Shown one piece after another: positions 9,168 through 20,473 of a stretch of DNA of 61,571 nt. This DNA is from Candidatus Eiseniibacteriota bacterium. Its GTDB lineage: Bacteria > Eisenbacteria > RBG-16-71-46. The DNA is taken from NCBI GenBank assembly GCA_044222065.1, contig JBGAOA010000019.1, forward strand, positions 1-61,571, read 5' to 3'. The position numbers and the translations under genes were made by a program. Every line of letters begins with the position of its first letter. Position 1 is the stretch's first letter. Under the pieces are notes generated by a model, which was not told the origin of the DNA, did no database searches, and saw only the letters and a list, made by a program, of their open reading frames with translations.

Positions 9168-12100
9168 ATGTTCATCCCCCGTTGGAGCAGCACGATGCTC
9201 CTCGTTCTCGCGGGCGCGGCGACGTTCGCCGGCCCCGCGCGCGCGCAGGAGACGAAACTCGACGCCGCGGCGCTCGAAGGCTTTCGCGCCCGGGAGATCG
9301 GTCCGGCCGCGATGAGCGGCCGCATCTCGGCGATCGCCGGCTACGTCGGCGAGCGTCCGACCTGGTTCGTCGGCGCGGCCGGCGGCGGGTTGTGGAAGTC
9401 GCGCGACGGCGGCATCACGTTCAAGCCGATCTTCGACAAGTACAACCTGTCCATCGGCGCGATCGCGATCGCACCGGGCGACACGAACACGGTCTGGGTC
9501 GGCACGGGTGAGCCGTGGACGCGCAACAGCGTGTCGGTCGGCGACGGCGTGTACCGCACGACCGACGGCGGCGAGAACTGGCAGAAGCTCGGGCTCGAGG
9601 CGACCGAACGCATCAGCGACCTCGCGATCCACCCGAAGAACGCCGACGTCGTGCTCGTCGGGGCGCTCGGACCGCTGTTCTCGGACGGCGCGGAGCGCGG
9701 CGTGTACCGCACGACCGACGGCGGCAAGTCGTGGACGAAGACGCTGTACGTGGACGCCTCGACGGGCTGCGCCGATCTCGCCGTGAACCCCGCGAACCCC
9801 GAGGACGTGTTCGCCGCGATGTGGACGTTCCGGCGCAAGGCCTGGTCGTTCAGCTCGGGCGGCCCGGGCAGCGGGCTCTACCGCAGCGCCGACGGCGGCG
9901 CGACGTGGAAGAAGGTGTCGGGGCCGTGGAGCACGCAGCTCTGCGGACGCATCGCCGTCGCGTTCGCACCGAGCGATCCGAAGCGCGTGTACGCCGTGGT
10001 CGAGTCGAAGAACACGGCGCTGTGGCGCTCGGACGACGGCGGCGAGACGTGGCGCTCGATGAACTCTGGGAACGCGGTCGGCGCGCGGCCGTTCTACTTC
10101 TGCTCGATCGTCGTGGACCCGAAGAATCCCGACGTCGTCTACAAGCACGGCTACGGCCTCGCGATGAGCGAGGACGGGGGCAAGACGTTCGGCGGCGGCG
10201 GCAACTACCACAGCGACACGCACGCGCTGTGGATCAACCCGAACGACACCGACGAACTCGTGCTCGGCACCGACGGCGGCGTGTACGCCTCGGACGATCG
10301 CGGCGCGCACTGGCGCCTCGTCGGCACGTTGCCCGTCTCGCAGCTCTATCACGTGAGCACGGACATGGAGACGCCGTACAACGTCTACTGCGGGCTGCAG
10401 GACAACGGCTCCTGGACCGCCCCGTCGCGCGTCCCGGGCGGCATCGGCAACCGGCACTGGGTCAACACCGGCGGCGGCGACGGCTTCTGGACGTTCCCGG
10501 ATCCGAAGGACGCCGACATCGTCTTCTGCGAGTACCAGGGCGGCATGGTGCTGCGCTTCCGCAAGAGCACGCGCGAGACGAAGGAGATCAAGCCGTTCCG
10601 CGCGGTCGACGAGCCCGAGTACCGCTGGAACTGGAACACCCCGATCCACCCGAGTCCGACGCAGTCGGGCCGCCTGTACCTCGGCGCGCAGTTCCTGTTC
10701 CGCTCGGACGACCGCGGCGACCACTGGACACGGATCTCGCCCGATCTCACGACGAACGATCCGAAGAAGCTGAAGCAGATCGAATCGGGCGGCGTGTCGG
10801 TGGACAACTCCTCGGCCGAGAACCACTGCACGATCGTGACGATCGGCGAGTCGCCGAAGGATCCGAACGTCGTGTGGGCGGGCACCGACGACGGCAACGT
10901 GCAGCTCACGCGCGACGGCGGCAAGACGTGGACGAACGTCGTGAAGAACGTCGCCGGCCTGCCGCCCGCGACGTGGGCGTCGTGCGTGCGGCCGAGCGCG
11001 TTCGACGCCGCGACGGCGTACGCGACGTTCGACGGCCATTACGCGGGCGACCTGAAGACCTACGTGTACGTGACGCGCGACTTCGGGAAGACGTGGACGC
11101 CGCTCGCGACGCCGGACCTCAAGGGTTACGCGCACGTCGTGCTGGAAGACATCGTGAATCCGAAGCTGCTGTTCGTCGGCACCGAGTTCGGACTCTTCTG
11201 TTCGATCGACGGCGGGACGTCGTGGGCGCAGCTCAAGGGCAACCTGCCGAACGTTGCGGTGCGCGACCTGGTGATCCAGCCGCGCGAGCACGACCTCGTC
11301 GTGGCGACGCACGGGCGCGGCGCGTTCATCTTCGACGACCTCACGCCGCTGCGCGCGCTCACGCCCGCGGTGCTCGAGGCCGAGGATGCGTTCCTGCCCG
11401 CGCGGCCCGCGGTGCTGACGATCCCGGCGTCGGAACAGCGCTTCGACGGCGACGACCAGTTCGTCGGGCAGACCCTGCAGGAGGTCGCGCCCGTCTACTA
11501 CTACCTGAAGAAGCGCCACGTGTTCGGCGACCTGAAGGTCGAGATCCTCGACGAGAAGGGCGAGGTCGTGTCGTCACTCCCGGGCGGCAAGCGCCGCGGC
11601 CTGAACCGCGTGGACTGGTCCATGCGGATGCGCGCGCCGAAGGTGCCGCCGGCGACGAACCTCGTGCCGCAGCAGTACTCGTTCGTGGGGCCGCGCGTGC
11701 CCGCCGGGACGTACACGGCCCGCCTCGTGCGCGGCAGCTCGATGCGGACCGCGCCGCTCACGCTCGTGCCGGACCCGCGGTCGGACTACTCGGCCGCCGA
11801 CCGCGCCGAGCAGGGGCGCGTCGTGCGCGAGCTGTACGCCTCGCTCGAGCACCTCACGTTCCTCGTGGACAAGCTCACGAAGGCGCGCGACGCGGCGCGC
11901 GAGGCGGCGAAGGGGCTCGCGCCGGCGAACGCGCTCGCGAAGAAGCTGTTCGCGTTCGCCGACGCGCTCGAGGACCAGCGCCGCGCGCTGGTCGCGACGC
12001 GCGAGGGCGGGCGGCTCACGGGCGAGGAGCAGATGCGCGAGCGGCTCACGGCGCTCTACGGCGCGGTCAACGGCTACGACGGGCGCCCGACCGGTTCGCA

Positions 12101-12263
12101 GGTCGCGTACATGAAGGTGCTCACCGGGGAACTCGCCACCGCGACGCAGGTGTTCGACGACTACACGGCGAAGCAGCTGCCGGCGCTGAACGCCGAACTC
12201 GCGAAGGCGGGCAAGGGCGCGATCGCGCTCGTCACGCGCGAGGAGTGGGAGAAGTCGCGCTAG
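9168..12263 (+). CDS. VPS10/sortilin-like BNR-repeat beta-propeller protein (glycosyl hydrolase-like)
   Basis: AAGGAG RBS, signal peptide, REIGPAAMSGRI, many S/T-x-D-G-G-x-T/S-W Asp-box repeats. Confidence 0.9.
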   Translation: MFIPRWSSTMLLVLAGAATFAGPARAQETKLDAAALEGFRAREIGPAAMSGRISAIAGYVGERPTWFVGAAGGGLWKSRDGGITFKPIFDKYNLSIGAIAIAPGDTNTVWVGTGEPWTRNSVSVGDGVYRTTDGGENWQKLGLEATERISDLAIHPKNADVVLVGALGPLFSDGAERGVYRTTDGGKSWTKTLYVDASTGCADLAVNPANPEDVFAAMWTFRRKAWSFSSGGPGSGLYRSADGGATWKKVSGPWSTQLCGRIAVAFAPSDPKRVYAVVESKNTALWRSDDGGETWRSMNSGNAVGARPFYFCSIVVDPKNPDVVYKHGYGLAMSEDGGKTFGGGGNYHSDTHALWINPNDTDELVLGTDGGVYASDDRGAHWRLVGTLPVSQLYHVSTDMETPYNVYCGLQDNGSWTAPSRVPGGIGNRHWVNTGGGDGFWTFPDPKDADIVFCEYQGGMVLRFRKSTRETKEIKPFRAVDEPEYRWNWNTPIHPSPTQSGRLYLGAQFLFRSDDRGDHWTRISPDLTTNDPKKLKQIESGGVSVDNSSAENHCTIVTIGESPKDPNVVWAGTDDGNVQLTRDGGKTWTNVVKNVAGLPPATWASCVRPSAFDAATAYATFDGHYAGDLKTYVYVTRDFGKTWTPLATPDLKGYAHVVLEDIVNPKLLFVGTEFGLFCSIDGGTSWAQLKGNLPNVAVRDLVIQPREHDLVVATHGRGAFIFDDLTPLRALTPAVLEAEDAFLPARPAVLTIPASEQRFDGDDQFVGQTLQEVAPVYYYLKKRHVFGDLKVEILDEKGEVVSSLPGGKRRGLNRVDWSMRMRAPKVPPATNLVPQQYSFVGPRVPAGTYTARLVRGSSMRTAPLTLVPDPRSDYSAADRAEQGRVVRELYASLEHLTFLVDKLTKARDAAREAAKGLAPANALAKKLFAFADALEDQRRALVATREGGRLTGEEQMRERLTALYGAVNGYDGRPTGSQVAYMKVLTGELATATQVFDDYTAKQLPALNAELAKAGKGAIALVTREEWEKSR

Positions 12264-12290
12264 CGATTCCGCGAAATCGCATCGAACGAT

Positions 12291-12324
12291 CGAGGGGCGC
12301 CGCGGTCCGCCGCGGCGCCCCTCG
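12291..12324. terminator. Perfect 15-bp hairpin between convergent genes
   Basis: CGAGGGGCGCCGCGG-TCCG-CCGCGGCGCCCCTCG. Confidence 0.65.
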
Positions 12325-12556
12325 CGCATCGCCGCCGCCGCCGCCTCGGCGCCAGAGGTTCGTCACGCGGTCCCGGGTCGTCGCGGCCGCGGGCAGGGCC
12401 GTCGGGAACGAGGAACGCCGGATCGTGCCGGTCGTGCGGCTCGCGACGCAGATCGCGCCGCCGCTCACGAAGCACCGGTCGGCCGCGCAGCGGAGCGGCC
12501 CGGGACCGTCGCCCATGCCCCGACGAGCGAAACCCGGGGCCGCAGGGGAGAACGCC

Positions 12557-13489
12557 TCAGTACGCGCCGAGGTCCCGCGCCGAGACGACCACGCCGTCGA
12601 AGCCCGCGCGCACTTCCGACTCGAGCGCCTCGTCCGTCGCGCCCCAGAAGAGCTGGTGGTAGAGCAGCAGGAGCTTCGGCCGCGCGCGCGTCGCGATCGC
12701 GGCGAGTTCGGTCGCCGACGTGTGCGCGTCGGCGTGGTAGCGCCGCCACTCGGGCGGCCGCGTCGCGAAGCGCTCGCTCGAATACACCTCGTGCACGAGC
12801 ACGTCGCAGCCGTCGCACGCACGCACGATGACGTCGCTCGGCCGCGTGTCGCCCGAGACGACGATCGTGCGGTCGCGGGTTTCGAACCGATAGCCGTAGG
12901 CGTGGCTCCAGTTCGCGTGCGGAACGGCGAATGCGGTGACGGTCACGTTCGAATCGCGGTAGACGACGCCGGGCGCGGCCTCGATCGCGCGCGTCCGCCA
13001 GCCCTCGGATTTTTCGGGCTCGAGCCCGCGCTCGCGGATCGCGATGTCCTCGCGATAGGCCTCGAGCAGCGACGACACCATGCGCCGCGTGCCGGGCGGC
13101 CCGAACACTTCGAGCGGCTTCGAGCGCTCGAGCACCCACGGCGTCAGCATCAGGTCGGGCAGCCCGAGCGTGTGGTCGGAGTGCAGGTGGGTGAGGAACA
13201 CGACGCCGAGCTTCTCGGGCGCGAGGGCCGCGATGCCGCGTGCGCGTGCGGCCGCCGCGGCGCGCCGCACGAGCCCGGGGCCGGCGTCGACGAGGTACGC
13301 GCGGCCGCCCGCGACGATCGCGACGCACGGGCCCGAGCGCTCGGGGTCGGCGTTCGGAGTTCCCGTGCCGAGCATCACGACGCGCGTCGCGGCGGAGTCG
13401 CCCGCCGGGGCGCCCGCGGCGTGCGCCGAATCCGTGGCGCACGCGACGAGCCACGCGAGCGCGATGAGCCGCGCCGCGCGAGTCCTCAC
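12557..13489 (-). CDS. Secreted MBL-fold metallo-hydrolase (RNase Z/arylsulfatase-like)
   Basis: GTG overlapping the upstream TGA; signal peptide; MLGTGTP, THLHSDH, SGDT, LVHE, HTS motifs. Confidence 0.88.
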   Translation of the reverse strand: MRTRAARLIALAWLVACATDSAHAAGAPAGDSAATRVVMLGTGTPNADPERSGPCVAIVAGGRAYLVDAGPGLVRRAAAAARARGIAALAPEKLGVVFLTHLHSDHTLGLPDLMLTPWVLERSKPLEVFGPPGTRRMVSSLLEAYREDIAIRERGLEPEKSEGWRTRAIEAAPGVVYRDSNVTVTAFAVPHANWSHAYGYRFETRDRTIVVSGDTRPSDVIVRACDGCDVLVHEVYSSERFATRPPEWRRYHADAHTSATELAAIATRARPKLLLLYHQLFWGATDEALESEVRAGFDGVVVSARDLGAY

Positions 13490-15897
13490 GGACCGTTCCG
13501 TTTCGCCCGCCGCTGGTAGGCCCACGACACGACGAGCATCGCGGCGCCGGCCGCGATCGCGGTGAGGAAGCGCCAGAACACGTCGGCGCTGCGCAGGTCC
13601 CAGAACGCGAACTTGAGGATCGTCGCCCCGAACAGCGCGAGCGCGCTCCAGCGCAGGAACGGCAGCTTGCGGAACCAGCCGAGCGCGAGCAGCGCGAGCG
13701 CCTGAAGGAGCCAGCCCGCGCTCGTGAGCGCCGCCGCCATCGTGCGCGCGCCCGTGACGGCGTTCGGCGCGGGCGGCACGATCGCGTGGCCGCGCTCGCC
13801 CGGAATCCCCGCGAGCGCGCGCGCGACGTGGTCCGACTCGCGCGCGGTCCATGCGAGCAGCAGCAGCGTCAGCGCGACGGTCCACGCCTCCGGCGCGTAG
13901 CGTTCGTGGAACGCGAGCGCGCCGCGGCGCGCGCCGAGGCCGCTCGCGACCAGGATCGCGACCGCGATTCCGCCGGCCGTGAGCAGGCCCGCCGGATAGA
14001 CGACCGGCGACTGGTCGTTGCTCCAGCCGTCGGGGAACACGAGCGACGAGAGCGTGACGACCACGGCGATCGCTCCGGCCGCGTACGCGATCGCGCGCGT
14101 CACGGCGCTGCGCTCGCGTGCGCCCCACGCGCCGACGATCGCGGCCTGCACGAACGTCACGAACCCCGCCGCCGCCGTGAACAGCTGGGTCTGGCGCTCG
14201 CCGTACGGGGGTGCGGGCAGCGACACGCCGCGCCACCAGCGGCCGCCGGGCGACTCGAGCGCGCGCGCGAAGCGGTCGCATTCCTCGAGCGTCCACATCA
14301 CGGAGATCAGGTTCGCGGCCGCGGTCCACAGCTCGGGCATCACGCGCTCCGCCGTCGCGAGCCGCTCGCGACGACGTCCGAGCAGCAGTGCGCCGGTCGC
14401 GAGCGCCGCGACGATGCCGAGGTCGTGCAGCGCGCCGCTGCCGACGAACGGCAGCTGCCCGGCCGAGCGCTGGAACGACCAGCGGCCGAGGTGCACGGCG
14501 ACGGCGAGCGCCGACACCGCGTAGCCGCACACGCGCAGCCACGCGCCGCGCGGGTCGAGGCCGAGCGCCACGAGCACGACGCCCTCGACGCACCACACGA
14601 GCGCGAGGTGCTCGTGTCCGACGAGCCGCCCGAGGCCGGCGGTCGCGAACACGGTGCCGGCGCCGACGAGCGGCCGCCACAGGTCGCGCTCGGCGCGGCG
14701 CGAGTCCACCCACACGGCGGCGCCGAACTCGAGCGCGGCGAGCGCGAGCAGCAGCATCGCGCCGAGGCGCGGCGGCTGGTGCGCGATGAACGGTGACAGC
14801 GCGACGCCGAGCGCGAGCGGTGCGACCGCGATGACGGCGAGGTCCACCGCGCGCACGGCGCCCTCGACGCGCAGCAGCCGCGGCACGGGCGCGAGGCCGA
14901 GCCCGGCGAACAGCGCCGAGAGTCCGATCGCCACGCCCCATCCGTGGCCGCCGTAGGGCGGCGTGCCGAACCACGCGATCATCGTGAGCACGAGCGCGGC
15001 GAGGTCGAGCGCGCTCCAGCCCGCGCGCGCGGCGAGCGCGAACACGACGAGGTCCACCACCGCGACGTAGCCGAGCAGCGCGCCGTGCGGCAGCGTGAAG
15101 CCGCGCTGCCCGGCCCAGCTCGCGAGCAGCTGCGGCAGGAACGCGCCGACGATCCCGAGCGCCGCGATCGCCTGCACGCGGTAGCGCAGCCCCGCGGCCA
15201 CGGTCGCGAACGACGTCAGCGCGAGCAGGCCGAGAGCGACCGGGAGCGGCAGCACGCGCAGCGTGAAGTGGCCGAGGTAGAGCGACAGGTACGTGATGCC
15301 CGCGCCGACGCCGATGAGCGTGTGGCCGAGCCGCGGAAGCGAGCGGCTCACGCGGTCGCCTCGCCACGCGAACGCGAGCCCGAGCAGAACGCCCGCGCCG
15401 AGCAGCAGGCCCGGGCCGAAGCGTCCCGTCGTGTAGCCCCACAGGATCATGAAGAAGAGGCCGAGCAGCACGAGCACCGCGCCCGCGTTCTGCAGCCACA
15501 CGCTGCCGACGCGCTCTTCGAGGTCGGCCGCGCGGCCCGACCGTGCGGCGGCGACGTCCGCGAGCGTCGGGGGCGACTTCGCGATGGACGCGAGCGGCGG
15601 CGCCGGAGCCGCGGGCGGCGCCGGAGTCGATGGCGCCGGCAGCGCCTCGTCCGGGAGCGGCGCCTCGGTCCGCGCGGCAGCGAACGGCAGGGGCTCGGGC
15701 GGCGGCGCCGCGTCGGCCGGGTGCGGCGGCGCGACGAGTTCGGGACCCGAGCGGTAGGCGACCCGCTGTTCGAGGCGGTCGAGCCGCTCGCGCAGCGCGC
15801 GGAGCTCGCGCTGATGGCGCGCGATGACGATCAGCACGACCGCGGGCAATCCGAGGACGAGTCCCGCGACGAACAAGACGCCCAGCATTTCCTGCAT
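13486..15897 (-). CDS. DUF2339 multi-pass membrane protein
   Basis: N-terminal TM plus coiled coil, Pro-rich linker, DLEERVGSVW, many TM helices, C-terminal ILKFAFWDL...WRFL. Confidence 0.8.
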   Translation of the reverse strand: MQEMLGVLFVAGLVLGLPAVVLIVIARHQRELRALRERLDRLEQRVAYRSGPELVAPPHPADAAPPPEPLPFAAARTEAPLPDEALPAPSTPAPPAAPAPPLASIAKSPPTLADVAAARSGRAADLEERVGSVWLQNAGAVLVLLGLFFMILWGYTTGRFGPGLLLGAGVLLGLAFAWRGDRVSRSLPRLGHTLIGVGAGITYLSLYLGHFTLRVLPLPVALGLLALTSFATVAAGLRYRVQAIAALGIVGAFLPQLLASWAGQRGFTLPHGALLGYVAVVDLVVFALAARAGWSALDLAALVLTMIAWFGTPPYGGHGWGVAIGLSALFAGLGLAPVPRLLRVEGAVRAVDLAVIAVAPLALGVALSPFIAHQPPRLGAMLLLALAALEFGAAVWVDSRRAERDLWRPLVGAGTVFATAGLGRLVGHEHLALVWCVEGVVLVALGLDPRGAWLRVCGYAVSALAVAVHLGRWSFQRSAGQLPFVGSGALHDLGIVAALATGALLLGRRRERLATAERVMPELWTAAANLISVMWTLEECDRFARALESPGGRWWRGVSLPAPPYGERQTQLFTAAAGFVTFVQAAIVGAWGARERSAVTRAIAYAAGAIAVVVTLSSLVFPDGWSNDQSPVVYPAGLLTAGGIAVAILVASGLGARRGALAFHERYAPEAWTVALTLLLLAWTARESDHVARALAGIPGERGHAIVPPAPNAVTGARTMAAALTSAGWLLQALALLALGWFRKLPFLRWSALALFGATILKFAFWDLRSADVFWRFLTAIAAGAAMLVVSWAYQRRAKRNGP

Positions 15898-15951
15898 CGC
15901 GACCCCGCTTCCGTTCGCGCGTCGCGCGCGCTGCGACGAGGACCTTCGCGG

Positions 15952-17073
15952 CTACTTCGTCGCTTCCGCCGCCCGTCCGCTCTCGAAGTACGACTTCTTG
16001 AGCCGCGTCATCACTTCCTCGCGGCGGTCGTAGAGACGCTTGCGCGCGCGCGGCGCGTGCTTCGCGAGCGCGTACGCCGTGAGCAGCGGCAGTCCGATCG
16101 TCGAATCGGCGTAGCAGATGACGGTGCCCGGCAGCTGATCGGGATCGATCTTGCCCCAGCTGACGGCCTCGGCCGGTGTCGCGCCCGAGAGACCGCCCGT
16201 GTCGGGGCGCGCGTCCGTGACGGCGAGGAAGTAGTCGTGGCCCTTCTCGGCGATGCCGAGCACTTCCTGGATCTGCGGCTCGGTCTGGAGCAGGAAGTTC
16301 TTCGGGCTCCCGCCGCCGAGGATCCACACCGCGCTCTTTCCGCCCTTCGACTTCGCGTCCCACACGATGCCCGCGGTCTCGTTCACGTCGGCGTTGACGT
16401 CGATGAGCAGCTTGTTCCCCTCGAGCGCCTTCGCCGCGACGTTCATGCCGATCGACGAATCCCCGGGCGACGACGTGTAGATCGGGACGCCGTACTCCCA
16501 CGCGGCGGCGAGCAGCGAGCGGTGCTTCAAGCCGAGCTTCTCTTCGCGCGCGCGCACGTACTTGCCGCACAGGAAGTGGAACTCGGCCGAACTCATCGTG
16601 CGCTGGAACTCGGGGCCCGCGATGATCTCGCGGAAGAACGCGTCGGTGTCGAGAAGCACGTTGTAGTCGAAGAAGATGTCGTAGATGCGCACGACGCCTT
16701 CCTCGCGCAGCTCGACGTCGTCGGCCTGGAACGTGCCCTGGTGCATCGCGAGGCCGAGACCGAAATGCGTGTCGTGGTACAGGTTCGCGCCCGTCGAGAC
16801 GATCCAGTCCACGAAGCCCGCCTCCATGAGCGGGATGATCGCGCTCGACCCGAGCCCCGCGGGCGTGAGCGCCCCCGTGAGCGACAGCGCGACCGTGACG
16901 TCGTCGTCCAGCATGCGTTCGACGAGCAGCCGTGCGCCCTCGCGGAGTCGCGCGCCGTTGTAGGCGAGGAACGCGCTGTCGATCAGCTCGGCGGCGGTCT
17001 CGCGGCCGGTGATCGCCGGCGGGCTGATGCGGGCGCCCGACAGATGGCGGTGCGAGGGCTTCTTCGAAGTCAT
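15952..17073 (-). CDS. Deoxyhypusine synthase-like homospermidine synthase (SpeY/Dhs family)
   Basis: [48 protein letters not shown] with the catalytic Lys retained. Confidence 0.9.
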   Translation of the reverse strand: MTSKKPSHRHLSGARISPPAITGRETAAELIDSAFLAYNGARLREGARLLVERMLDDDVTVALSLTGALTPAGLGSSAIIPLMEAGFVDWIVSTGANLYHDTHFGLGLAMHQGTFQADDVELREEGVVRIYDIFFDYNVLLDTDAFFREIIAGPEFQRTMSSAEFHFLCGKYVRAREEKLGLKHRSLLAAAWEYGVPIYTSSPGDSSIGMNVAAKALEGNKLLIDVNADVNETAGIVWDAKSKGGKSAVWILGGGSPKNFLLQTEPQIQEVLGIAEKGHDYFLAVTDARPDTGGLSGATPAEAVSWGKIDPDQLPGTVICYADSTIGLPLLTAYALAKHAPRARKRLYDRREEVMTRLKKSYFESGRAAEATK

Positions 17074-17168
17074 GGCGGTTCTCCTGCGGTCGAACGCGGT
17101 GCGGGAACGCGCGGCACTCTAGAACCTGGGCGCGCGGCGGTCCAACGCCGGCGCACGCCGGACGCGGC

Positions 17169-17945
17169 TCAGCGCGCGAGCGCTCCGACGGCGATGAGCG
17201 CCACGGTGAGCGCGCCGAAAACGATCTCGGAGACGCCGAGGAACATCGTGCGCCAGCGAGGCCGCGCGGGCGAGAGCATGAAGGCGGCGCGTGCGGCGAG
17301 GATCGCGGCCGCGAGGGCGGCGAGCCGCGGCGCGACACCCGCCGCGGCGAGCCCCGCGGCCCACGCGACGCCGAGCGCCTGCGCGGCGAGCGCCGGCGCG
17401 AGCGACGGACGTTCGCCGCGATCGAGCCGCAGCCGCGCGCGGATATAAAGGATGGTCGGGACGACGCGCGCGGCGAGCGCGCCCCACAGCCCGACCGCGC
17501 GCGCCGTGTCCCAGCCGCCGGCGATCGCGATCGCGGCCGCCGTTGCGGCGAGCGCGAGCGGCGCGAGCAGCTCGGCGGCGGCGGAGCGCGCCTCGCCGCG
17601 CGCTTCGAGCGCGAGCGCGATCGCCGCGATCGGCGCGGCGGCGCCGGCGGCGAGCAGAACGGGGCCGCGAGCGAACACGACGCCGGCCGCGAACAGCGCC
17701 GCGGCCGCGATCGCGAGCAGCGCGAACGCGCGCTCGGCCGCCACGGTGCGCGCGTAGCGGCGGCCCTTCGCGCGGTCGGCGGCCGCGAAGCGCAACGGCA
17801 CGCGCGCGAAGAACGCCGCGACCGCCGCGAGCGCGACGCACGCGCCCGCCCACGAGCCCGCGACGACGAGCCCGAGCACGATCGGCTCGCCCAGGAACGA
17901 CCAGCTGCCGTGCTCGGTCGGAACGAGGAGGCGGCGCAGCGGCAC
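17169..17945 (-). CDS. YwiC-like family membrane protein
   Basis: VPTEHGSWSFLGEP N-terminal motif, multiple TMs, LGVSE C-terminal motif; start uncertain. Confidence 0.75.
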   Translation of the reverse strand: MPLRRLLVPTEHGSWSFLGEPIVLGLVVAGSWAGACVALAAVAAFFARVPLRFAAADRAKGRRYARTVAAERAFALLAIAAAALFAAGVVFARGPVLLAAGAAAPIAAIALALEARGEARSAAAELLAPLALAATAAAIAIAGGWDTARAVGLWGALAARVVPTILYIRARLRLDRGERPSLAPALAAQALGVAWAAGLAAAGVAPRLAALAAAILAARAAFMLSPARPRWRTMFLGVSEIVFGALTVALIAVGALAR

Positions 17946-18069
17946 GGCCGCCGCCGCCGTGGGGCTTTGGGTCTCGCGTGGTCTCCGGGACGCGGCGCCG
18001 GACGCGAGCCGTCCGCGCCGCCGGCGCGCATGCTCGCCGCGACGGCGCTCCGCGTCCAGCGGACGCGCG

Positions 18070-20349
18070 TCAGCGAGCGCCGTCGAGCGCGCGGCGCACG
18101 GCGGTCGAGAGCTCCTTCGCCGTCATCGGTTTCGCGAGCACCTCGACGACGCGCGTGTCGCGGAGCGACTCCGGCGTGAGCCCGGCCGGGAAGCCGCTCA
18201 TGAGCAGCACCGGCAGGGAAGGACGGAGCCGCGCGAGTTCGCGCGCGAGCGCGAGTCCGTTCGTGCCCGGCATCGTGAAGTCGGTGAGCACGAGCGAGAA
18301 CCCGTCCGGATCGGCCGCGAACGCCTCGAGGGCGGCGCTCGCCGAGTGTTTGAACACGACCGAGAACCCGTAGTCCTCGAGCAGCTTCGCGAGCGCGCGC
18401 CCGAGGCTCGGCTCGTCGTCGACGAGCAGCAAGCGTTCGCCGCGGCCGGCGACCGGAGCTTCGTGCGCCGGAGCCTCGGCCTTCGTCACGGCGGGGGCGG
18501 CCGGCAACAGGATCTCGATCGCGGTGCCCGCGCCGGGGCGGCTGCGCACCTCGATCGCGCCGCGATGTCCCTGCACGATGCCGTGCACGACCGACAGACC
18601 GAGCCCCGTGCCCTCACCGCTCGGCTTCGTCGTGAAGAACGGCTCGAACACGCGCGCACGCACGTCCTCGGGCATGCCGGGGCCCTCGTCGGTGACGCAC
18701 AGCCGCGCGTGCAGGCCGCGTTCGAGCGTCGGGTGCCGCTCCGAGATCGTGGTGTCCACCTGCACGAGGCCGGTCGCGACCTCGATCCGTCCGTTCGACT
18801 TCATCGCGTGGGCCGCGTTCGTCGCGAGATTCGTGACGATCTGCTGCACCTGGGTCGCGTCCACGAACACCGCCGGCGTGTCGGGCGCGATCGTGACGAC
18901 GAGATCGATCGTGCTCGGCAGCGTGGATCGCAGGAAGCGCACCGCCTCTTCGACCGAGGGGCCGAGCGGGCGCGCTTCGAGCGCGCGCGCGCGCGGGCGG
19001 CTGAAATCGAGCAGCTGCTGAACGAGGTCGCGGCCGCGGCCGGCGGCGCGCGCGATCTCGCGCGCCTCCGCGGCGCGCGCGTCGTCGCCGGCGAGCGAAC
19101 GCTGCAGCGACTCGGCGTAGCTCATCACCGCGGCGAGGATGTTGTTGAAGTCGTGCGCCACGCCGCCCGCGAGCGTGCCGACGGCCTCGAGCTTCTGGCG
19201 CTGGCGCAGGTGCTCCTCGAGCCGCCGACGCTCGGTGACGTCGCGCAGCAGCAGCGCGTAGCCGCGGACGCGCGCGCCCTCGTCGGCGAGCGGTGTCAGC
19301 AGCGCGTGGCCAACGAAGCGCGAGCCGTCCCTGCGCGAGCGCGCGGTCTCGTCCTCGTAGCGGCCGTCGCGGGCGGCGATGCGCAGCGCTTCGCGCCAGA
19401 GCCCCGCCGCCGAGTCCTCGGGCGTCGCGAACAGGTCCACGTGGCGGTCGATCGCCTCGTCGGCCGTCCAGCCCGTGATGCGCTCGGCGCCGGCGTTCCA
19501 GCTCGCGATGTGGCCGCCCGAATCGAGCATCACGATCGCGTAGTCCGTGACGCCCTCGACGATGAGCTGGAAGCGTTCGCGGCTCTCGCTCAGCTCGCGC
19601 TCGGCCGCGCGCTTCGCCGTCAGGTCCACGATCGACGCGAGCACGAACACGCCGTCCTCGACTTCGACCGGGTTGAGCCCGATCTCGACGGGCACCTCGG
19701 TGCCGTCCTTGCGCCGGCCGTAGAGTTCGCGGCCGTGGCCCATCGGGCGCGAGCGCGGGTCCCGTGCGAAGCCGTCGCGCCATTCCGGATGACGCTCGCG
19801 CGACCGGATCGGAACGAGCAGCTCGATCGAGCGGCCCGCCAGCTCCTCGGTTTCGTAACCGAACAGGCGCGCGGCCTCGCGGTTCACGAGCACGATCGCG
19901 CCGGCGCGGTCCACCATGATCATGCCGCTCGGCGACGAGTTCACGGCCGCTTCGAAGCGACGCTCCGCGGTGCGCCGCGGCCTCAGGTCCACGAGCGACG
20001 CGAGCACGAACGACTCGTCGCGCGTTCGCACCGGATTGAGCCCGATCTCGACCGGCGCGTCCGAGCCGTCGCGCCGCCGCAGCAGCAGCTCGCGCCCGAC
20101 GCCCATGAGGCGCGGACTCGGGGCGGCGCCGAACTCTGCGCGCAATCCCGCGTGACGCGTGCGCATGCGCTCGGGAACGAGCGAGTCCACGGACCGCCCG
20201 ATGAGCTCGGCGTGCGACCAGCCCCCGAGCTGCGCGAGCGGCGCGTTCGCGTGCACGATGGTGCCCGCCGAATTCACGAGCATCATCGGTGTCGGTGAAA
20301 GCTCCACGGCGAGCTGCAGCGCTTCGCGCGTGGGTTCGTTCCGGTTCGT
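18070..20349 (-). CDS. Hybrid sensor histidine kinase (3 PAS + HisKA + HATPase + receiver)
   Basis: Three PAS repeats, [35 protein letters not shown] receiver; the start codon is ambiguous (see findings). Confidence 0.9.
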   Translation of the reverse strand, partial: TNRNEPTREALQLAVELSPTPMMLVNSAGTIVHANAPLAQLGGWSHAELIGRSVDSLVPERMRTRHAGLRAEFGAAPSPRLMGVGRELLLRRRDGSDAPVEIGLNPVRTRDESFVLASLVDLRPRRTAERRFEAAVNSSPSGMIMVDRAGAIVLVNREAARLFGYETEELAGRSIELLVPIRSRERHPEWRDGFARDPRSRPMGHGRELYGRRKDGTEVPVEIGLNPVEVEDGVFVLASIVDLTAKRAAERELSESRERFQLIVEGVTDYAIVMLDSGGHIASWNAGAERITGWTADEAIDRHVDLFATPEDSAAGLWREALRIAARDGRYEDETARSRRDGSRFVGHALLTPLADEGARVRGYALLLRDVTERRRLEEHLRQRQKLEAVGTLAGGVAHDFNNILAAVMSYAESLQRSLAGDDARAAEAREIARAAGRGRDLVQQLLDFSRPRARALEARPLGPSVEEAVRFLRSTLPSTIDLVVTIAPDTPAVFVDATQVQQIVTNLATNAAHAMKSNGRIEVATGLVQVDTTISERHPTLERGLHARLCVTDEGPGMPEDVRARVFEPFFTTKPSGEGTGLGLSVVHGIVQGHRGAIEVRSRPGAGTAIEILLPAAPAVTKAEAPAHEAPVAGRGERLLLVDDEPSLGRALAKLLEDYGFSVVFKHSASAALEAFAADPDGFSLVLTDFTMPGTNGLALARELARLRPSLPVLLMSGFPAGLTPESLRDTRVVEVLAKPMTAKELSTAVRRALDGAR

Positions 20350-20456
20350 GTGGTCCCCCTGTCGGTGAGCGAGGCGCGCACAATAGAAGAGGTGATCGCC
20401 GACACTCAACGTTCCGGAGACGTTGCCGGACGACGTTTCCCGGCGGCGTCCGAATT

Positions 20457-20473
20457 CCGGCACACCGCTTGCC
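20457..20473 (+). promoter_or_regulatory. Sigma54-type promoter candidate
   Basis: CCGGCACACCGCTTGCC has GG-N10-GC spacing with GGCAC and TTGC. Confidence 0.45.

Noticed and set aside
12330..12556. Possible small ORF or gene remnant between convergent genes
   Set aside because: No RBS or recognisable motif, so it cannot be supported.
13490..18031. Apparent 1824-aa fusion ending in the MBL hydrolase
   Set aside because: The upstream part is an off-frame read of DUF2339, DHS and YwiC; the true start is GTG 13489.
19650..20130. DNA-level similarity between two segments of the kinase gene
   Set aside because: Explained by tandem PAS domain duplication (PVEIGLNPV...FVLAS).
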